A stretch of 59,811 nt of DNA, filler included, from Squatina squatina (GCA_031763465.1; 3 parts of 3 records of this genome joined end to end with filler, not necessarily neighbours in it); one strand, 5' to 3'. Shown: positions 1 to 10,973, numbered from the whole stretch's first letter. The notes: a model not told the origin generated them from the sequence alone. Numbers and translations are program-made.

Positions 1-100
1 GCTCATCTGAGTCAGAAGGCTGTGAGTTCCAGTTTCACTCCATAGCCTCGAGCACAAAATCTAGGCCGACACTGTTGGAGGTGCCGTCATTCAGATGAGA
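1..100 (+). mobile_element. 5' fragment of a DeuSINE/SacSINE1-like tRNA-derived SINE
   Basis: B-box-like gagttccagtttc, then 'gagcacaaaatctaggccgacac...ggtgccgtcattcagatgaga', matching the copies at 49580-50000 and 50941-51320. Confidence 0.7.
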
Positions 101-1016
101 TTTATTTTTTATTTGTTCCGGGATGTGGGCGTCGCTGGCAAGGCCATCATTTATTGCCCATTTATGAGCCGCCTTGTTGAACTGTTGCAGTCCTTGTGGT
201 GAAAGTACTTCCACAGTGCTGTTAGGGAGGAAGTTCCAGGATTTTAACTAGTGAAGATGAAGGAACGGCGATATATTTCCAAGTCAGGATACTGTGTGAC
301 TTGGAGGGGAGCTTGCAGCTGATGGTGTTCCCATGCACCTGCTGCCCTTGTCCTTTTAGGTGGTAGAGGTCGCAGGTTTGGGAGGTGCTGCCAAAGAAGC
401 CTTCGCGAGTTGCTGCAGTGCATCTTGCAGATGGTCCACACTACAGCCATTTCAGCTCTTTTGTCCATGTTTGAACCAAGGCTGGAATGAGATCTGGAGC
501 AGAGTGGTCCTGGCAGAACCCAAACTGAGCATGATGCACTGGTGGTGGAAGAAGTGAATGTTCAAGGTGGTGGACGGGGTGCCAATCAAGCGGGCTGCTC
601 TGTCCTGGATGGTGTCAAGCTCCTTGAGTGTTTTAGGCAAATGGAGAGTATTCCAGCTCACTCCTGGCTTGTGCCTTATAGATGGTGGAAAGGCTTTTGG
701 GAGTCAGAAGGTGAGACACTCGCCACAGAATACCCAGCCTCTGACCTGCTCTTGTTGCCATTGTATTGATGTGGCTGGTCCAGTTAAGTTTCTGATCAAT
801 GATGACCCCCAGGATGGTGGGGGATTTGGCAATGGTAATACCATTTAATATCAAGGGGAGATGGTTAGACTCTCGCTTGTTGGAGATGGTCATTGCCTGG
901 CACTTGTGTGGTGCGAATCTTAATTGCCACTTATCAGCCCAAACCCAAATGTTGCCCAGGTCTTGCTGCATGCGGGCATGGACTGCTTCATTATCTGAGG
1001 AGTTGCGAATGGAACT
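101..1016 (-). mobile_element. 3' part of a CR1-group LINE (RT C-terminus plus 3' UTR), degenerate
   Basis: ORF 633-971 reads WADKWQLRFAPHKCQAMTIS...LGVIIDQKLNWTSHI...IYKAQARSELEY, typical of an RT thumb/C-terminus. The tail gggcaataaatgatggccttgccagcgacgcccacatccc plus an A-rich end recurs at 5985-6056 and 6695-6745. Confidence 0.85.
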
Positions 1017-1116
1017 NNNNNNNNNNNNNNNNNNNNNNNNNNNNNNNNNNNNNNNNNNNNNNNNNNNNNNNNNNNNNNNNNNNNNNNNNNNNNNNNNNNN
1101 NNNNNNNNNNNNNNNN

Positions 1117-1700
1117 CAAAAGCTTGGTCAAAGAGGTCGGTTTTAAGGAGCATCTTAAAAGAGGAAAGCGGCAGAGAGGTTTAGGGAGGGAATTCCAGAG
1201 CTTAGGGCCTCGGCAACAGAAGGCGCGGCCACCAATGGTGGAGCAATTATAATCCGGGATACTCAAAAGGGCAGAATTAGAGGAGTGCATATATCTCGGG
1301 GTGAGGGAGTTATGGGGCTGGAGGAGATTACAGAGCTAGGGAGGGGGAATGAAGCCATGGAGGGATTTTAAAACAAGGATGAGAATTTTGAAATTAAGGT
1401 GTTGCTTAACCGGGAGCCAATGTAGGTCAGCAAGCACAGGGGTGATGGATGAGCGGGACCTGGTGCGAGTTAGGACATGGGCAGACGATTTTTGGAAGTC
1501 CTCAAGTTGACATTGGGTAGAATGTGGGAGGTCAGCCAGGAGTGTGTTGGAATAGTCAAGTCTAGAGGTAACAAAGGCATGGATGAGGGTTTCAGCAACG
1601 GATGAGCTGACAAGGGCAGACACGGGCGATGTTACGGAGGGGAAATAGGCGGTCTTGGTTATGCTGCGGATATGTGGTCGGAGCATTCTGGGTAAGATCA
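1117..1700 (-). mobile_element. L2-clade LINE 3' fragment
   Basis: ORF 1336-1701: AETLIHAFVTSRLDYSNTLLA...ITPVLADLHWLPVKQHLNFKIL is the L2 ORF2 C-terminal signature, followed by GGRAF..GPKLWNSLP. Confidence 0.9.
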
Positions 1701-1717
1701 TCTGCCATTTTCAAAGA

Positions 1718-2285
1718 ATGAAACAGCAATGAGGCCATTCAGCCCATCGTGCCTGTCCCGGCTCTATGGTAGACCTATCCAATTAGTTCCACTCCCCTGC
1801 ACTTTCCCCATAGCTCGACAAAAATTTTCCCTTCAGTATTTATCCAATTCACTTTTGGAAGTTACTATTGAATCTGCTTCCACCACCCTTTCAGGCAGGG
1901 CATTCCAGATTGTTACAATTCACTGTATAAAAAATGTTTCCTCATGTCGCCTCTGCTTCTTTTGCCAATCACCTTAAATCTGTACCTCTGCCTACCAACC
2001 CTTCTGCCACTGGAAAGAGTTTCTCGTTATTTAGTCTATTAAAACCGTTCATAATTTTGAACACTCTATCAAATTTCCTCTTAACCTTTTCTGCTGCAAG
2101 GAGAATAACCGCAGCTTCTCCAGTATCTCCACATAACTGAAGTCCCTCATCCCTGGTATCATTCCAGTAAATCTCTTCGATACCCTCTCTAAGGCGTAGA
2201 CATCCTTCCGAAAGTGTGGTGCCCAGAATTGAACACAATGCGCCAGCTGAGGCCCCGAACCAGTGTTTTATAAAGGTTTAGTGTA
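1718..2285 (-). mobile_element. CR1 LINE 3' fragment
   Basis: The minus strand encodes degenerate LYKTLVRPQLxxCVQFWAP...VFKIMNGFNRLNNEKLFP and ends in the CR1 tail gatgggctgaatggcctc. Confidence 0.85.
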
Positions 2286-3080
2286 ACTAAATATCAAATG
2301 CTGATATTTCTGTGATGGGGTTTAAAAGGGTGAGGTTTATCCAGTCAGTTGGATGTGAGCCAAAACATGCGCATTTGGAGCAGAGAGCCAGAGACACACC
2401 GTGTAACCGGGCACAAACACTCCTGCACAGCCCAGACATCACTTGTTTCCCACTTGGTGCAAAAGTAATGTATTAATTGCAACACTTCACTTGATTTTAT
2501 TTTAAATAGTTTAGTTTATATATTTAATCATTACTTCTTTACTCAGATTCACGGCTTCATTTATTTTTTTTCTCAACCTCATCCAGCAGTGTAATGTTGG
2601 TGAGCGGTGATTGATTGTCCTGGGAACCAACAGGAAGAGAGCTCAGAGGCCGGAGGGCCAAGGGAGCAGCGTGTTCTGCAACCAATCGCGGTGCTTGAGG
2701 GGCGGAACCTGAGTCGTCTTGTCAGGTGAGTCAGTGTGAACCCATATTAAACAATTTATCTTTTAAAAGTTAAATCGAGATTTCATTTGTCAACCAAACA
2801 GTTTAATATTTGTCAGTATTTTTTCCTGGATTTCCTATTATGAGTTTCAGACACTTCAGTGCCAAGTGGACCAAGTGTTTAAAGGTCATTCATTTCCCTC
2901 GCTCCATGTCACTGTTAGGTAAAGGTACAGAGATTGATTTCCCCTCATAATGCATCTGTAGTAGTTAAAGTAACATCCTTNNNNNNNNNNNNNNNNNNNN
3001 NNNNNNNNNNNNNNNNNNNNNNNNNNNNNNNNNNNNNNNNNNNNNNNNNNNNNNNNNNNNNNNNNNNNNNNNNNNNNNNN

Positions 3081-3180
3081 CTGCTCCCCTCGCTGTGTCT
3101 CTGCTCCCCTCGCTGTGTCTCTGCTCCCCTCGCTGTGTCTCTGCTCCCCTCGCTGTGTCTCTGCTCCCCTCGCTGTGCCT
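3081..3180 (+). repeat. 20-bp tandem repeat (CTGCTCCCCTCGCTGTGTCT) x5, starting at a gap edge
   Basis: Units are directly visible; a further degenerate unit lies at about 3241-3266. Confidence 0.95.
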
Positions 3181-3269
3181 CCGATCTGCTGCCTCTCACT
3201 GTTTTCCCGGGCTTTTTAAATTGAGCCTCTCGACCAGCTGTGTGTCCGCTCCCCTCGCTGTGCCTCTGA

Positions 3270-4017
3270 TCGACCAGCCCCCTGGGAGAGATGGATCAGG
3301 TCCTGGACGAGGTGGACGTTGTCAATGATGGTCCGGCCCGGGACCATGTAGGACTGGTCAGGGTGGATCATGTGGGCCAGCACGGTGCCAAGGTGAGCAG
3401 ACATGGCCCTGGCGAAGATGTTGTAATCCATGTTGAGGAGGGTGACTGGGTGTCAGTTCTTAAGAAGGCGGAGATCGTCTTTCTGAGGCAACAGGTTGAT
3501 GACTGCCCTGTGCCAAAAGAGGGGCATCTCCCCGGTCGCCAGACTTTTCCCCAGGACCCGAGCGTAGTTGCCCCCCAGGATGCCCCAGAACGCCCTGCGA
3601 AACTCCACGGTCAGCCCGTCCAGCCCCGGGGACTTGCCCCTCGAGAGCTGGCCGAGGGCACCAGTCAGCTCCGCTAGAGTTAGCTGAGCGTCCAGCTGTT
3701 CGGCGCCCTCCGGGCCGAACTTCCACAAGACTCTGCGTGCATCTTTACTGGACGGATCCGGAGAGAACAGAGCCTCGTAATAATCACGGGGGCAGGCACT
3801 GATGTCCGCCGGACCCGAGACGAGAGATCCGTCGTCGGCCAGCAGCCTCAAGAGCTGCTTACGGACTCCGCCCCCCCCCGTCTTTTTTCCAGTGAGTAGA
3901 AGGGGGAGCCGTGGTCCAGGTCCCGAAGTAACTGGATTAGTGACCTCACGTGCGTGCCTCGGAACCCGACGAGCTGCAGATCCCTCATACACCTGCTGCA
4001 GGGCCGGATCTTCGACG
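3270..4017 (-). mobile_element. Tx1-like (L1 group) non-LTR retrotransposon RT fragment
   Basis: LTLAELTGALGQLSRGKSPGLDGLTVEF...LLPQKDDLRLLKN*...DYNIFARAMSAHLGTVLAHMIHPDQSYMVPGRTIIDNVHLVQDLI are L1/Tx1 RT motifs; GC-rich. Confidence 0.85.
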
Positions 4018-4359
4018 NNNNNNNNNNNNNNNNNNNNNNNNNNNNNNNNNNNNNNNNNNNNNNNNNNNNNNNNNNNNNNNNNNNNNNNNNNNNNNNNNNN
4101 NNNNNNNNNNNNNNNNNAACCCAATACTGCCTAGCCTGCGTGGTAATTCGGACGGCCATCGCCAAGGACCAGCGGGAACTGTCCCTGACACAAGGGGACT
4201 GGGAGAGGAATCCCTGTCAAGGGAGGAGTGAGGAAGTCAAAGGTTTCCTGGAGGTGCTCTTCTGCTCCTGCTTCCCCCATGTGGTCCTACCTGCTGCTCC
4301 TGGCAGGTTTGGCCTGGTGGGGAAACAACCACTCAGGCTAAAAATGACAGAGCAGGCCC

Positions 4360-4682
4360 CGATGTTTCCCCTCGTGGGGGGATCCAGAACTAGGGGACAT
4401 AGCCTCAGAATAAGGGGTTGCCCATTTAAGAGAGGCGAGGAGAAATTTCTTTCCTCATAGGGTCGTGAATCTTTGGAATTCTTTACCCCAGAGAGCCGTG
4501 GAGGCTGAGTCATCGACTATATTCGTGGCTGAGATAGAGATTTTTGAGTAACAAGGGAGTCAAAGGTTATGGGGAACAGGCAGGAAAGTGGAGCTGAGGT
4601 CAGAATCAGGTCAGCCATGATCTCATTGAATGGTAGAGCAGGCTTGAGGGGCCAGATGGCCTACTCCTACTTCTTATGTTCT
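4360..4682 (+). mobile_element. CR1 LINE 3' end
   Basis: MFPLVGGSRTRGHSLRIRG..., tail cagccatgatctcattgaatgg...ggcctactcctacttcttatgttct. Confidence 0.9.
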
Positions 4683-4925
4683 AAGCTAGTCTTCCTTATA
4701 AGCCAGGCTCTGCAGCAGTGAGTCGTTGTATCTTGGGCCTCCATTAATAGGCCCTCTCCGAATGGCTCAGATAAGATTTGTTGACATGAAAACCTGATGT
4801 TGCTTAGATTGCATCACCGTTCAGANNNNNNNNNNNNNNNNNNNNNNNNNNNNNNNNNNNNNNNNNNNNNNNNNNNNNNNNNNNNNNNNNNNNNNNNNNN
4901 NNNNNNNNNNNNNNNNNNNNNNNNN

Positions 4926-5050
4926 GGTCACCTGTCCTGATATCTCCTTATTTGGCTAAGGATCAATTTTTGTCTGGTAACAATTTTTGTCAAGAGCCTC
5001 GGGACGTTTGACTGCGTTAAAGACGCTATGTAAATGCATGTTGTTATTGG
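4926..5050 (+). mobile_element. L2 LINE extreme 3' tail
   Basis: 'gcctcgggacgtttgactgcgttaaagacgctatgtaaatgca-tgttgttattg' resembles the L2 terminal stem-loop plus short repeat. Confidence 0.6.
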
Positions 5051-5769
5051 CCATTTCTGCAAAAGCACTTGAAGGTGATCATTGCCTGTGGAACAGTACC
5101 TCAAAATATTTCTGGGAGGAAAGTTGTCAAAATGTTTAATTTAAATATACTATAGCGAGTCCCAGTGAGTTCAAGGTTTGTGCCACTCTTTCCACGTTCC
5201 CGAGTGGGTCCCTCGATTTCAGAGGGAGTTGACATGTCCAGCTAGCCCGTTATGGGTTGCTGTCAGCCTGTAGTCTGCCAATTACACCATACAGTTGACT
5301 GACAGCTCGAAAAGTAAACACCCCAGTAATTAAATGGAATTGGAAACTATTTTTTTTTGCAAGCAGGGGTGATTTCAGGTTTTGTTTTAATGTTTGTTTT
5401 TTTTTTTTTANNNNNNNNNNTAACTGCACTGAAATGCATTTTCCCCAGGATTTCTGGCGATCGGGAATGCCAGTAATTCAATCCTCATAGACACGACCTG
5501 GTGCAGTATCAGTGATACAGGTGAGCTCCCATGTTGCGGTATAGACATTCTGGAACGTTATTTGCCCTTATCAAAGCAGCTGTTTATTTTCCATTTTGCC
5601 CTCTCTTTCTGCTGAAAATATTAATTTTTCCTGCGCTCCAGTCGTACAGGCACCGACGTCCTCCAGTGCCTGACCCACACGCCAGTTCTTCATGCAAGAG
5701 ACTGAACAGGGAGCACCAGCAGTGCTAACCAACTTCCTGATCATGTCCTCACGTCACGTCCGCACAGAA

Positions 5770-6056
5770 CCCGCCAAGGCATCTTCAGCAGCACCTCCCA
5801 AACCCGCTACCTCTGCCACCTAGAAGGACTCAGGCATGTCTCCTTCCAAGTCATTCACCACCCCAATTTGGACATAAATCGCAGTTCCTTCATCGTGCTG
5901 GGCCAAACACCCTTCCTCAACAGCGCTGTGGAAATACCTTCACCATATGAACTGCAGTGGTTTAAGAAAGCACCCAACATCTCAAGGACAACTAGATTTG
6001 GGCAACAAATGGCGGCCTTGGCAGTGACGTCCACATCTAGGGAATGAATATAAAAT
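5770..6056 (+). mobile_element. 3' UTR of the CR1-group LINE family seen at 101-1016
   Basis: Reverse complement of about 105-405 (cagcacctcccaaacccg..cctctgccacctagaaggac...gggcaacaaatgg). Confidence 0.8.
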
Positions 6057-6324
6057 ATTGTAAAGCTCATGTTGAAGCACATCAGAAACCAGTGCACTGT
6101 TCCATGGAACAAGATTATCTCTGCTTCCAATACTGCTGACCTCACCCTGGTCTCCACTTGATGCTGCTGGCAAGCCCAGGCACCCCGCCATAGCAAGGGA
6201 GGGAAAATTGGAAGAAAATAATCACTGGGCCTCTTCATGACATCTCGCCATGAGGTAATACAAAGCCATCGCGGCAGAGGAGCGAGAATAGGTTGAACAC
6301 CTGCTTAACTGCAGCTGGTGTGTG

Positions 6325-6750
6325 GGTACAGCAGTTTAGTGGTCATGCTACTGGATTAGTGAAGCAGAGGCCTGGAATCTTGAATGTAATATCAAATCCC
6401 ACTGTGGCAATGTGAGAATTTGAATTCAGTTTTTAAAAAAAACTGGAGATAAAAAGCTGGTCCCAGTGAAAGTGACCATGAGCCTGTTGGATTGTTGTAA
6501 AAACCCAACTGGTTCACTAATGTCCTGTTAAGGAAGGAAAGCTGCCGTCCTTACCTGGTCTGGTCTATATGTGACTCCAGACCCACAGCAATGTGTGGTT
6601 GACTCTCTACTGCCATCCGAGGCGGCCCAGCGAGCCACTTGGATCAAGCAGCTGCAAACATGGACTGCACAGCCATCTTCTCAGGGTGACTCGGGATGGG
6701 CAATAAATGCTGGCTTTGCCAGTGACGCCAACAGCCTAAAAACTTTTTTT
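6325..6750 (+). mobile_element. tRNA-derived SINE ending in the CR1-group LINE tail
   Basis: Head and body match 16575-16860; the 3' end gggcaataaatgctggctttgccagtgacgcc matches the LINE tail at 101-165. Confidence 0.8.
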
Positions 6751-7342
6751 TTTAAGTGTGGAGAGACCAGGGGAGCTGGAGAAACAACTTGCAAAACAGG
6801 AGGTTGGGCTTCTACAAAACAAATCTCAGAATTCCCCAAAAGCAGAAGTANNNNNNNNNNNNNNNNNNNNNNNNNNNNNNNNNNNNNNNNNNNNNNNNNN
6901 NNNNNNNNNNNNNNNNNNNNNNNNNNNNNNNNNNNNNNNNNNNNNNNNNNTGAAGCCACAGGGATTGCAACTCGCAGAAACACTCAGAAAAGTCTAAAAA
7001 ATGCACAAAGGTAGATGCACAAAGCTAAGCTCATGGGTGTATCATTAAATGTTAGTGCCAAGTTTCAGTTGTTTTGATTGGCCACATAAATGTTTTTCTT
7101 TGCACCATTTTCAGCTCTTGTCCATTTCTACCTCAAGACTTGGAAGTGGATTTATCACTTGGAGTGAATGCTGAGACATTATTTAACCTCGAGCATTGGG
7201 GCTTTGGGTGAGAGCAATGGATTGGTCTGTGCTGGGGGGCTTTTTGGTGTTGTTGCGGGGGGCGCGGTGGTGGGTGGGGGACTTAGTGCAGCATGTGGCA
7301 GCCATGTGGCTGAATTGGAGCAAGTCAAATAAATCTGTCCAT

Positions 7343-7631
7343 GATAGAATCATAGAAATCTACAGCACAGAAGAAGGCCATTCGGCCCATCGTGTCCATG
7401 CTGGCCGACAAAGTGCTATCTTGCCTACTCCCATTTTCCAGCACTAGGTCCGTAGCCTTGTAGGTTACGGCACTTCAAGTACATATCCAAGTACTTGTTA
7501 AATGCTATGAGAGTTTCTGCCTCTACCACCTTTACAGGCAATGAGTTTCAGAACACCACCACCTTCTGGGTGAAAACGTTTTTCCTCAAATCCCCTCTAA
7601 ACCTCCTACCAGTTACTTTAAATCTATGCCC
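7343..7631 (-). mobile_element. CR1 LINE 3' end
   Basis: GHRFKVTGRRFRGDLRKNVFTQKVV; the tail ends in (tctatgat)n on the minus strand. Confidence 0.9.
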
Positions 7632-7732
7632 NNNNNNNNNNNNNNNNNNNNNNNNNNNNNNNNNNNNNNNNNNNNNNNNNNNNNNNNNNNNNNNNNNNNN
7701 NNNNNNNNNNNNNNNNNNNNNNNNNNNNNNNG

Positions 7733-7774
7733 GAAGGGACAAAGGCGGTGACCAAGTACACCAGCTCCAAGTAA
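7733..7774 (+). CDS. H2B: Histone H2B, C-terminal end (remainder in the upstream gap)
   Basis: Translates EGTKAVTKYTSSK*, the canonical H2B C-terminus, followed by a histone stem-loop. Confidence 0.95.
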   Translation, partial: EGTKAVTKYTSSK

Positions 7775-7808
7775 AACTCCACAATGTGCTGACAGGACAA
7801 AACACAAC

Positions 7809-7849
7809 GGCTCTTTTAAGAGCCACCCACAACCTCTCTGGAAAAGCTG
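7809..7849 (+). terminator. Histone mRNA 3' stem-loop plus purine-rich downstream element (H2B)
   Basis: GGCTCTTTTAAGAGCC-ACCCA at 7809-7829; HDE-like GGAAAAGCTG at 7840-7849. Confidence 0.95.
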
Positions 7850-8534
7850 CACCAACCTCTGTAGAATCGATTTATGTGATTGATTTTAATACTAAGTATC
7901 CTTCTGGAACTCTCCAATTCGCTCCGATTTCTGGTTTGTTCTGGTACGAAGATTCTCGGGTATGCATTTTCATTGCCCGGCACAATCTTTGTGTTCTTAT
8001 TTAATTGATGCTTCATAAACTAATCCTGATCCTCTGTGCGCTTTGCTCTCGGACCCGCTCATATTCCGCCCCCTCCCAGAATGTGGTCAGTAAGAGCTGA
8101 TGTAAGGGGAATGGGTCAGTCTTCAGTCACTTGTTGCTCTCTGATTCAGGTTTGTTTAATTATTGGCCAATATCAGTTCATGAACCGTACACGCCTTGTA
8201 GCAAACCCTAATGTCAGTGTTGGACATCTTGCACCAGCAGTCTCGGCTCCGGTTCAGCTCCCGCAGCAGCTCCTGTGAACAGAAATCAATCCATAATCTG
8301 CGGTGTTTCTGTTTGAGAGACTGAGCAGGAATGTGTCCCGTTACACAATACTGCGAATGGGCTTTATTCCCGCCCCTGACAGGCAATTTGAAAGCGCACA
8401 GAGAATAAAGCCGAATTTGGAGCGGACTGTAAATATGTGACGGGAAATGTGGAATAACTCAACATAAAAGATTATGAAATCTTTGTCTGAAGGCGATATT
8501 ATTCACTAAAGCCGTTCCAGGTCTTACTAATATA

Positions 8535-8650
8535 TTCTGACGAAACGTTGACTCTTTTTCTCTCCCCACAGACGCTGCCTGACCAGCTGAGTTTTTCCAG
8601 CATTTTTTTTGTTTATATTCCGGATTCCAGCGTCCGCAGTATTTCACTTC
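8535..8650 (+). mobile_element. Short Penelope-terminus-derived repeat with an internally deleted hammerhead motif
   Basis: ctgacgaaacgttgactc...cacagacgctgcctgaccagctgagtttttccagcatt matches the Penelope 3' end at 16403-16530. Confidence 0.8.
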
Positions 8651-8744
8651 TGTCTTACGAATATATTGGCGGGCTTTTCAAATTTGAAAAATCTTTTCGG
8701 GTTTGACAATTATTTTGTTATTTCCAGCGCTTTTCTCATTGCCG

Positions 8745-8919
8745 TCTGCTGATTGGTGAAGTAAGCTGCGATATCATTGGCTGTGTCAGCAGCCCGGTGA
8801 GACTCAGCGCTGAGCGACCAATCACAAGCGCCCCCACTGCATTCCTCCTGAAGGTATAAGAAAGGTGAGTGCGGGAGGAGTTCCTCATTGTCTGTGAGAG
8901 TGTGTGTGAGATTGTGGAA
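8745..8919 (+). promoter_or_regulatory. H2A promoter and 5' UTR
   Basis: ATTGG at 8752 and 8776, CCAAT at 8818, TATAAG at 8855-8860; colinear with the promoter of the second H2A at 19614-19780. Confidence 0.8.
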
Positions 8920-9291
8920 GTGCCTTGAAGAGGAAAAGCCGGCGGTAAAGCTCGGGCCAGGGCCAAGTCTCGCTCCTCCCGGGCCGGACTGCAGTACCCT
9001 GTGGGTCGTGTTCACAGGCTCCTGCGAAAGGGCAACTATGCCGAGCGTGTGGGTGCCGGAGCCCCGGTCTGCATGGTTGCTGTGCTCGAGTATCTGACCG
9101 CTGAAATCCTGGAGCTGACTGGCAACAAGACGACCCGCATCATCCCCAGACACCTGCAGCTGGCCATCCGCAACGACGAGGAGCTCAACAAGCTGCTTGG
9201 AGGGGTGACCATCGCTCAGGGCGGGGTGCTGCCGAATATCCACGCTGTGCTGCTGCCCAAGAAAGCCAGCGCTGGGACCAAGAGCAAGTAA
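8920..9291 (+). pseudogene. H2A: Histone H2A pseudogene
   Basis: Full H2A body, but ATG TCT GGA has become GTG CCT TGA (8920-8928); in-frame loss of AARDN ([10 protein letters not shown]); several missense changes. Confidence 0.92.
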
Positions 9292-9320
9292 AGCGGACAG
9301 AATTAGTCTCACGACAAAAA

Positions 9321-9358
9321 GGCTCTTTTCAGAGCCACCCACAGTATCTGAAGGGCTG
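9321..9358 (+). terminator. Histone stem-loop plus HDE of the H2A pseudogene
   Basis: GGCTCTTTTCAGAGCC-ACCCA at 9321-9341, then GAAGGGCTG. Confidence 0.95.
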
Positions 9359-9809
9359 GTTGCAGTCAGAAGGGAGGCAGATCTCGTTAATTTGCCGATA
9401 AATGATCTGTCCACGGTGGTTTCAGTTCTCTGCTCACACATACTCTCAAGTGAACAGAAAATATTGAACTGCAGGGCCTCAGAATCAACAATTTTATAAA
9501 TCCCGCCACCTTCAGTTTCCCAAATGATTTTGAGAGTCTGTCAATGAATACTGTATGAAGAGAATCGGCGCTGATAATGAATTTAGTAATAACAGGGCCG
9601 GGTTTAATTCTGGTCTGCTGTGGATTGAGAGTTTGATTCATTCTGCTGGTTTCATTCTCGGGAGCTCCGGGCGCCTCTGATCAGTGAGAATCGACTCCCG
9701 GGACACACAGTAAACGCGGGAAGGAAGAGGCCATTCTCGGGCTGTGTTTCACGCCTAAACTGATCTGATGATACCGCACTGTTCCTCGAGAACCGGATCA
9801 GAGAGCGTT

Positions 9810-9836
<27 letters not shown>
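9810..9836 (+). repeat. (AC)n microsatellite
   Basis: About 13 perfect units. Confidence 0.95.
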
Positions 9837-9840
<4 letters not shown>

Positions 9841-10158
9841 AAACCGGTGTCCATTTCGGTGCTTCCCAGATGTGACTCCTCCCATTCTCCGGACACAAAA
9901 TCTGCCGCGACACCGGCGGGATAGAGTCGGGAATTCTCACCCCTCAGCGCAACGGCGACTGTCCCGGGGAACTCGCGGTTACCGGGGACTGTTTCCTATC
10001 ACCAATCCCCGCGAATGTATCTGACAGAGGGCGGGACTGAGACACTGCTGAGCCGCAATGACTCTCCGGCACCGCTGCTTTAGGAGTTCTCGATCAGATA
10101 TCAGTCCTCCACTGTAATGGGTTAATGATCAACACAAATCTCTGGTCACAGGAGATCG

Positions 10159-10199
10159 CAGCTCTTTCCTTTGCCCATTTGGTGGCTCTGAAAAGAGCC
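10159..10199 (-). terminator. Orphan histone stem-loop plus HDE; the gene body lies in gap 10207-10306
   Basis: Minus strand GGCTCTTTTCAGAGCC-ACCAA (10184-10199), followed by GGAAAGAGCTG. Confidence 0.9.
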
Positions 10200-10306
10200 G
10201 TTGTTGNNNNNNNNNNNNNNNNNNNNNNNNNNNNNNNNNNNNNNNNNNNNNNNNNNNNNNNNNNNNNNNNNNNNNNNNNNNNNNNNNNNNNNNNNNNNNN
10301 NNNNNN

Positions 10307-10510
10307 GGAGCGGAGGCGGAGAAGGCTCGGGACAGAGCTCGGACCTGAGCAGGAGCAGAGGCGGAGAGGCGGAGAAGGCCCGGGACAGAGCTCGGACCTG
10401 AGCAGGAGCGGAGGCGGAGAAGGCCCGGGACAGAGCTCGGACCTGAGCAGGAGCAGAGGCGGAGAAGGCCCGGGACAGAGCTCGGACCTGAGCAGGAGCG
10501 GAGGCAGCGG
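10307..10510 (+). repeat. About 45-51 bp GC-rich tandem repeat (~4 units), probably a CR1 5' UTR
   Basis: Unit gcggagaaggcccgggacagagctcggacctgagcaggag..; lies upstream of a CR1 ORF1 remnant on the same strand. Confidence 0.8.
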
Positions 10511-10973
10511 CAGCAACACAAAGGGAGCTGAGCAGTGATTCGAAAAAAACACAAGGAGTGACATCACAGGATAGCTGGTCACCATTTCTTTTCTCTTCGA
10601 TTTAAATGCCAGAGTTAAATCGCTGGTTGGTGATAAAGCGGAAGCTTGGAGATTAATAACTGTTAATACTATATTAAATTAGTAACTGTTAATGCTAAAT
10701 TATATTAACAACTTGAATTAGATAGATCGTAGTCTTAGGTTTCTGTAAGTTAATAGTCGAATAAATAAAGGCATGGCAGGGCAGCTCAGTACCATGGAAT
10801 GCACATCCTGTGTCATGTGGGAAATCCAGGACCTTTCCCGTGGCACCACTGCGGTGCATCTGCGAGGCTGAGAGCTTCATGGATAGCATGTTTCAGGAGG
10901 TGGTCGCCACACAGATAAGGAGTGTGCAGGCAGAGAGGGAATGGGTGACCACCAGACAGAAAAGGAGGAACAG
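10511..10973 (+). mobile_element. CR1 LINE 5' UTR and ORF1 N-terminal remnant
   Basis: MAGQLSTMECTSCVMWEI...EAESFMDSMFQEVV..AEREWVTTRQ is homologous to the ORF1 pieces at 18987-19421 and 28136-28679. Confidence 0.75.

Noticed and set aside
9001-9291. 96-aa H2A ORF as a functional short variant
   Set aside because: It starts at an internal GTG; the true start is mutated and followed by a stop.
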